From Octopus vulgaris (taxonomy: Eukaryota): 64,000 bases of DNA. Numbering within the stretch: the stretch's first letter is position 1; every line of letters begins with the position of its first letter. The translations under genes were made by a program, and so were the position numbers. The notes beneath the pieces are model-generated. The model had not been told where the DNA came from. It searched no databases and was given only the letters and a program-made list of their open reading frames with translations. Positions 57,238 through 64,000 of this stretch are shown here, in pieces. The DNA is taken from contig OX597831.1 in NCBI GenBank assembly GCA_951406725.2, positions 37,944,001-38,008,000 on the forward strand, given 5' to 3'.

Positions 57238-57870
57238 TTCTTTTCTACTTTAGGCACAAGGCCCGAATTTTGGGGAATGGGGCCAGTCGATTAGGTCGAC
57301 TCCAGAATGCGACAGGTGCTTAATTTATCGACCCCAAAATGATGAAATGCAAAGTCGACCGCGGGAGATTATAAACTCAGAACCTGTATATATTCGTTTC
57401 TTCCCTAGGCACAAGGCCCGAAATTTTGGGGAAGGGGGGGCAGTCGATTAGATCGACACCAGTACGCAACTGGTACTTAATTTATCGATCTAGAAAGGAT
57501 GAAAGGCAAAGTCGAGCCAACAGCGGAATTTGAACTCAGAAAATATACATATTATTTTCTACTCTACGCACAAGAATCGAAATTTTGGTGAAGGGGGCCA
57601 GTCGATTAGATCAACTCCATTATGCAAGTGGTACTTAATTTACCGATCCCGAAAGGATGAAAGGCAAAGCTGACTGCAGCGAATTAAAAATTCAGGGACT
57701 GTATATATTCTTTTCGTCTCTAGGCACAAGGTCCGAAATTTTGGGGGAGAGGCCATTCGATTAGATCGACACCAGTACGTGACTGGTACTTAATTAATTG
57801 ACCTCGAAAGGATGAAAGGCAAATCGACCACGGCGGAATTTGAACTCAGAACGTAAAGACAGACGAAATA
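57238..57870 (-). repeat. Tandem array of four ~157-bp SINE family A (alternative tail) units
   Basis: TAGGCACAAGG.CCGAAATTTTGGGG..GTCGATTAGATCGAC..GGTACTTAATTTATCGA..GGATGAAAGGCAAAG repeated at ~57250, 57405, 57565 and 57720. Confidence 0.9.
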
Positions 57871-57939
57871 TAGCTGCTACCATATTGAGATCTAAGGTGA
57901 CAAGGTAGCAGAATGCTAGTACTTGAGTAATATTCCTTC

Positions 57940-57996
57940 TATTTCTTTACTACCCACAAGGGGCTAAACACAGAGAGGACAAACAAAGACAGACAA
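57940..57996 (-). mobile_element. 57-bp 3' tail of SINE family A with ~19-bp TSD
   Basis: Flanked by ACTTGAGTAATATTCCTTC (57921-57939) and ACTTGAGTAATATTCTTTC (57997-58015). Confidence 0.85.
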
Positions 57997-58235
57997 ACTT
58001 GAGTAATATTCTTTCTATCGATACTGAAGTGGATGAAATGCTAAATAGACCTGCGTAGAATTTCCACTTGAAACGTAAACACGGACAAAATGGCGTTACG
58101 TATTTTATCCGACAAGCTTACGACACTGCCCTCTTGCAACCTTAAATCTCCATATAATCATTTCAAAATTTTGCACAAAGTCAGCAATTTTGGAGAAGCG
58201 TAACTGCAAAGCTGGTGAACGACCCCGAAAATATG

Positions 58236-58703
58236 AACGTTTATACATGAATGGGAGTTAAAATAAAACCTTGTCTGTGAGGCTATTAAACGCACTGAAG
58301 ACCGCAACAGGATTTACAGATACAAATATACTTCGCACTGGACATCTTTACTCATCTAAGCAACAAGAAATAAATATTACGAGATATTTATCAGAAAATG
58401 ATTGAATGAGTTATTCAAATTTAATTTCTTCAGGATACAATACTGTCTATATGTAAAGTGGAACAGGATTTGAAGAGTTTTGATTCTACTCTATGTATCA
58501 TGTTCAGGGAATTATATATTTCTGAAGTCATAAAACTCCCTATACTGATCATCTGAGAATTTACAGAATTAACGAGAATTTAAAGTACCACATTGTAAAT
58601 AATATATAATAGATACATGTGGTTTTCAATGCACATATAAATGCGTCTAAAAGAGTGGATTTATTACAAAATGCTCAATAATTCGGAATATTTTATGTTA
58701 GAT
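58236..58703 (+). repeat. Left arm of long inverted duplication
   Basis: Reverse complement of 60339-60815, with about 22 substitutions and one 9-bp indel by eye. Confidence 0.95.
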
Positions 58704-59012
58704 TATATCGACCCTGAAAGTATGAATGAATATCTTATACTACCGATAAGCATTTGGTCGGCATGCTAAACGAAAATCCGACAAACGTGCATTAGGCGTC
58801 TGCAGTTTAACCATAACACTCGGATACTGACGCGGCCTCTTGGCACGAAAATTTTCCCGAATGTGCAGGAAGGCTGACATCATATCCCATTCAATGTGCC
58901 ATGCAATGGGACTCATACCACAACAATATAACAGGGAAGGATTCTTCTTACCATACACTCAGGCTGCGCCTGTGTATATTTACACATTTATGAATATACC
59001 TTTATACATACA

Positions 59013-59525
59013 TCTATATATATAAAACTGTAGTTGTGTGAGTGTCTGTCCCCTACGATTTAGATTCCTAACTACTCCCACATTTTGCAGTGCAGTTTAA
59101 CCAAATTCGGGTATCTTATAGTCGGGATTCATACCGAGCCCGTCTGAGTATTAGCGCGCGTCTACGATGAGTCTACGATTTTAAAAATAATTTAACATCA
59201 TTTTTTATTCCATTTTAATGCATAATTTTTCGTGTGTCGATGGCGGCAGAGTTGGCGTCCATGGTCACACCTGCACCTGTTTGTTTCTCCCCTTTCTTCC
59301 CTCCCTCGTGAAGCTGTGGGGAAGGGAGTGTAAGGAAATCAACGTCGTAAAGCGTTGTCAAGGAGACCAGCGTTCTTTTAGAACAACGACTTCATGGCTT
59401 GAAGACACCAAAACAGAAATGGCTAAGAAAGCCCGAATTGGTATCTATAAGGGAAGTAACTCTCTAAAAATGCTTATATAGTTATTTCCCTTACAAACCC
59501 GAGCAACGCCGGGCGATACTGCTAG
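59013..59525 (+). mobile_element. Non-autonomous Helitron
   Basis: A|TCTATATATATAAAA start, hairpin CCCGAGCAACGCCGGG (59498-59513) and CTAG|T end. Confidence 0.88.
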
Positions 59526-59556
59526 TATAATATAAGGATGTATTTACATATGACTA

Positions 59557-59876
59557 GTGAAGGCGCTTGGTTTAATGCTTACATTAATCAGCTTACGATC
59601 GTAATGCTGTTAGTTGGATTTACGGTGGCAAGTTTGCACTTCCCCAACCAAATTTATTTCACGTTGCTCCAATCCACTCAGCTGGCAATAATGAGTGGTA
59701 CCTATAACTCAAAGTGCCAGCCTTGTCACATTCTGAGTCATGCTGAATCTCCCAGAGAACTACGGTAAGCTTACACGTGGCAGTGGAGTGTTCAATTACA
59801 CGTTAATCTCACGAGCAAGTTGTCCTGTTAATAGGATCAACTAGAACTCTCGTCGTCGTAACCGACAGCCTGCCAA
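59557..59876 (+). mobile_element. Degenerate SINE related to family C
   Basis: The 3' part GCTGAAT.TCCC.GAGAACTACG..CACGAGCA..GGATCAAC..GAAC.CTCGTCGTCGTAACCGAC matches 41845-41970. Confidence 0.7.
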
Positions 59877-59982
59877 TTATGTAAGAATATGTAACCCTCT
59901 CTCTCTCTCTCTCTCTCACCCTCTCTCTCTACAAACACACATATATATATATATATATATATAAATATATATACATGCATTA

Positions 59983-60030
<48 letters not shown>

Positions 60031-60051
60031 ATACATACATACATACATACA

Positions 60052-60085
<34 letters not shown>

Positions 60086-60338
60086 GGTATATAACAATAT
60101 ATGCATGTATCCCTTTATATTCTCAAATCTAACAGATCGTCTAATAAACAAGAATGAAATACATACTTTGGTGTAAACATTGAACTAGATATAAGCGATC
60201 TGTCGAGTGTGGCTACAATTGGTTGGTTGAAATCCTTTACACATTTATATGTTTAAACCTAATTTATACATATCAACGTAATATACTTACATGATTCACC
60301 GTGTTTTGCAGTATTCCCTAAAACTTGATACTATATTT

Positions 60339-60815
60339 ATCTAATATAAAATATTCCGAATTATTGAGCATCTTCTAATAAAACCACTCTTTTAGACGCA
60401 TTCATATGTGCATTGAAAACCACATGTATATATTATATATTATTTACAATGTGGTTGCAAGTCTACTTTGAATTCTCGTTAATTCTGTCATCTCTCAGAT
60501 GATCAGTTTAAGGAGTTTTATAGCTTCAGAAATATATAATTCCCTGAACATGGTACATAGAATAGAATCAAAACTCTTCAAATCCTGTTCCACTTTACAT
60601 ATAGACAGTAATGTATACCGAAGAAATTAAATTTGAATATCTCATTCAATCATTTTCTGATAAATATCTCGTAATATTTATTTCTTGTTGCTTAGATGAG
60701 TAAAGACGTCCAGTGCGAAGTATATTTGCATCTGTAAATCCTGTTGCGGTCTTCAGTGCGTTTAATAGCCTCACAGACAAGGTTTTATTTTAACTCCCAT
60801 TCATGTATAAACGTT
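60339..60815 (-). repeat. Right arm of long inverted duplication
   Basis: Reverse complement of 58236-58703. Confidence 0.95.
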
Positions 60816-61092
60816 GCGTTTTCATATCAAATAATATATAGGATGTGAAATATGTAACACACACACACACACACACACACACATATGTATACATATATAT
60901 TTGTGTGTTGGCGTATTTGTGCCTGTATATGTTTATGTCATGAAACAATATATAAATACTATTCATATAGACACAGGCAAACATACATATATACATACAT
61001 CATAACACACACAAATATATATATGTGTGTGTGTGTGTGTGTGTATGGATATATATATATATATATATGCATGTATGTATATGTATATATAT

Positions 61093-62102
61093 ATTCTGTA
61101 AAAAATAATGATAGTATTTCATAGGCTTAAAGCGATCATTGCGCAATGAATAAAGAAATAGTCTAATAATGGGGAATGCAAGCCACGCGTGGGGCTCGAA
61201 ACCACAACTCCTTCTTTACACGACTAAGTGTGCTATCGATTACACTAGCGAACCAAACTACTGTTATCCGTCAGATTTAAGAATTATAGTTAGTTCGTAG
61301 TCGTGTTTGTAAGCAAACTTTCATGTGCTTTCACTGTGATGGGTTTGTGAAGCAGTGTCGATTGTTGCAATTCTGTAAATAATAATAATTTCTGAAAGCA
61401 CATGAAAGGGTGTTTACAAAAACAAACGCGAACTGATAATAATTCTTAAATAAGATAGGAAAACAACAAGTTGTTTCGCTGGTGTAATCGATAGCACACG
61501 TCGCACCTAAATATGACATGTGGGTTCCAGTTCATATTTTTTTCTGCTGAAGGGGTTATATGCCCTATTATTGGATGATTTAGATCTCTTCGGTTTGAAC
61601 GGCAGTTTTTAACACAATTTCTAGGTAACTAAAAAATTTTAAACTTCGTATACTGGTAGAATGTGTTTAATAAACATCTCTTTCTCTTTGCTTTATTGAG
61701 AAAATTCTATAGTTTGTAAGATATTTGTTGTTTATTTTTCTTTAATTTCTACAATTTCAATCAATCAGTGACGTCTATTGAGTTGAAAAGCATTCTGTGC
61801 CGTATGAATATGTCCCTCGTTTAAAAACAGATTGGGTTTATTTACATTTTTGAAGAAAAAAAGATACCCTTCCCCACCCCTAACCCTAACCCTAAAAGAG
61901 ATTGAAATGCAATAGATCGATTCTAGGGTCATAATTATGGGTGACAATTTCATATGACACCATTAGAAAAAACTGCCGTTCAAACCGAAAAGATCCGATT
62001 ATTTTCTTTAGTCATACTGCGGAGATCGCTTTAAGCTTATAAAATACTATTATCATTATTTACAGAATTGTAAAATTCGAAACCGCTTAAAAAGATCATC
62101 AC
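61093..62102. repeat. Foldback repeat with tRNA-like segment (left arm 61093-61333; right arm 61393-62102, interrupted by a MITE)
   Basis: Matching blocks TTCTGTAAA, GCTTAAAGCGATC, GTGTGCTATCGATTACAC.AGCGAA, ATTTAAGAATTAT and TTTCATGTGCTTTCA occur in inverted order. Confidence 0.8.
61582..61996. mobile_element. MITE-like non-autonomous DNA transposon with ~29-bp TIRs and internal (TAACCC) repeats
   Basis: GATCTCTTCGGTTTGAACGGCAGTTTTT ... AAAAACTGCCGTTCAAACCGAAAAGATC, with flanks GATTT/GATTA. Superfamily not determined. Confidence 0.85.
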
Positions 62103-62221
62103 ACACAAACATATGCATATATATATATGAGAATACTATAATTAAACTTACGACTGCGAATTGAGAGAGATTTCATCATACTGGGCAAAGCTCATTTGCA
62201 TTTTTTTAATAAAAAATATAG

Positions 62222-62675
62222 TGGGCGTGCGGAATCGTTTGCACGCCGTACAAAATGTTTAGCGTCACTTCGTCCATATTTACATTCTGAGAAGGCGGTG
62301 AGCTGGCAGAAACGTTAGCACGTCGGGCGAAATGCGTAGCCGTATTTCGTCTGCCGTTACGTTCTGAGTTCAAATTCCGCCGAGGTCGACTTTGCCTTTC
62401 ATCCTTTCGGGGTCGATAAATTAAGTACCAGTTACGCACTGGGGTCGATATAATCGACTTAATCCGTTTGTCTGTCCTTGTTTGTCCCCTCTGTGTTTAG
62501 CCCCTTGTGGGTAGTAAAGAAATACATATTTACATTCTGAGTTCAGATTCCACCGAGTTCGATTTTGCCTTTCATCCTTTCGGGGTCGATTAAAATAAGA
62601 ACCAGTTGATCACGGACATCGATATAAGTGTTTTATCCCATTCCCACCCCAAAATTTGTGCCAAAACTTGAAACT
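62222..62675 (+). mobile_element. Old SINE family A copy interrupted by a young copy
   Basis: Head at 62222-62291 resumes at 62542 with TTCAGATTCCACCGAG..GCCTTTCATCCTTTCGGGGTCGAT. Confidence 0.8.
62292..62524 (+). mobile_element. Young full-length SINE family A copy with perfect 17-bp TSD
   Basis: CATATTTACATTCTGAG at 62275-62291 and 62525-62541. Confidence 0.95.
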
Positions 62676-64000
62676 TATAATTAACACAAGCGTCTAATTA
62701 ATTACTGATCTTAATTTCGCACATCCGTTGCAAATATATCATAGACTTTGAAATGGACATTAGTTTACATATACTAACCCTTCCCTTGAAATCGCGGGCC
62801 ATGTAGCACAATTTGAAACCAATATTATGACCAAATATCTATTAATTAATAATCTAATTTCGCACATTTTTGTTAATATTCTGACTCCGAGATAGGCATT
62901 TTATTTACATATACCAAGACATTTGTAAATGACAACGATTGTATATAGATAACAGCATTTCATATAACAGTGGGAGGAAACAATTCTGATATAATTATCT
63001 GTGATACAATTATCCATGATGGTGGTATGTATTTGCTATATCACTTACAAACAACGCTCACATTGTCTTCAGAAATGATGGGCATTTTTTTACAAATTCT
63101 GTAATCCTAGCACGTCTGGCACAATTAGGGAAAAGAAATATCTTTTAGAATTATCACTAGCGTAGTAATCAATATAAACAAAGCAAAATATCATGAATCT
63201 CACTTTAATTCAACTAAGTACTTGTGAAGAAACTGAAGCATGTAACAAAATAATTAAAAATCCTAGAAACTGTATTATTCAGTGAGAGAAGCTTATTTTT
63301 CTTAGACCATCAAAAAAATTTGTCAATGAGTTAAGTCATACTCTCATAATGAGTCTTTCAGGTAATGAAGATCTGCAAGTAGTTTTGAGCAGAAAATCTG
63401 ATATATAAAACATATAGATTATACACTCTCTTGCCACTAATATAACAACAGGAAAAGAAATATTAATCAATATAATTCTTGTTTCACTAGAACTTTAATC
63501 ACACCAGAAGCTAAATATCTTATGTCAAATTACTCGAGTAATGTTCCAGTTAGATCCTTCGATATTTAGATCCTACTTTATATAGCTGTATGTGATTTGC
63601 TTCGGGAACGTTTCAAATAGATAATCATTTCACAACGAGTGAGATATCTTGACAGTATTAATACTAAATTCACTCAAACTAAAAACAGTCACATGCCTGT
63701 AAGGTTTTGTAGATACACCTATTTAACACTAATTTCTTATTGCTTATTGTTGAAATATTGTAGATATTCATTTATTTCTTGAAATATTATAGACTATGAG
63801 GTGTTGATGAATTAGGAGCTAACACCGTTTTTGCAATGGCTATGCATATACACTGAATGCTATATAATTCATATCTTTACGAAAATCGGAATATTTATTG
63901 AGGCTTCTGTAAATTACTTTTAACACTGCCTTCATTCTTAACAGGAAAATTACTTTTTTTACTATATTGACTAACTGAGATGAAATATTTGACTTTCATG

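Noticed and set aside
57238-57870. CRISPR-like regularly spaced repeats
   Set aside because: The whole unit is repeated with no unique spacers, it is SINE-derived, the context is eukaryotic, and there are no cas genes.
58740-58972. Minus-strand 72-aa ORF with apparent AG/GT boundaries
   Set aside because: Its 5' part is a degenerate SINE family B head, all three frames hit stops, and there is no recognisable protein.
61867-61895. Chromosome end or telomere
   Set aside because: Only two to three TAACCC units, internal to a MITE.

Overview
AT-rich, microsatellite-dense eukaryotic DNA with no protein-coding gene that I can support. It looks intronic or intergenic. The repeat content (several tRNA-derived SINE families, very dense (TA)n/(CA)n/(AAT)n) is what I associate with an octopus/cephalopod genome; that assignment is inference, not a database result. 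Nearly all listed ORFs are microsatellite or SINE read-through. Recognisable content: four decayed Tc1/mariner-superfamily transposons (two mariner, one DD37D maT-type, one DD34E Tc1), 3' fragments of RTE, CR1-type and HERO-type LINEs, a Gypsy integrase fragment, two non-autonomous Helitrons, a TIR MITE and dozens of SINE copies, some with clear target-site duplications. The most notable structures are (i) a type I hammerhead ribozyme with an intact core and unusually long stem II (3317-3450, minus) plus at least six degenerate hammerhead-like motifs, (ii) a ~470-bp, ~95% identical inverted duplication (58236-58703 / 60339-60815) whose left arm is bracketed by an 18-bp direct repeat, (iii) a foldback, terminally redundant tRNA-like repeat (61093-62102), and (iv) multimeric SINEs with a recurrent internal junction. 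Coordinates and identities were read by eye and may be off by a few bases.
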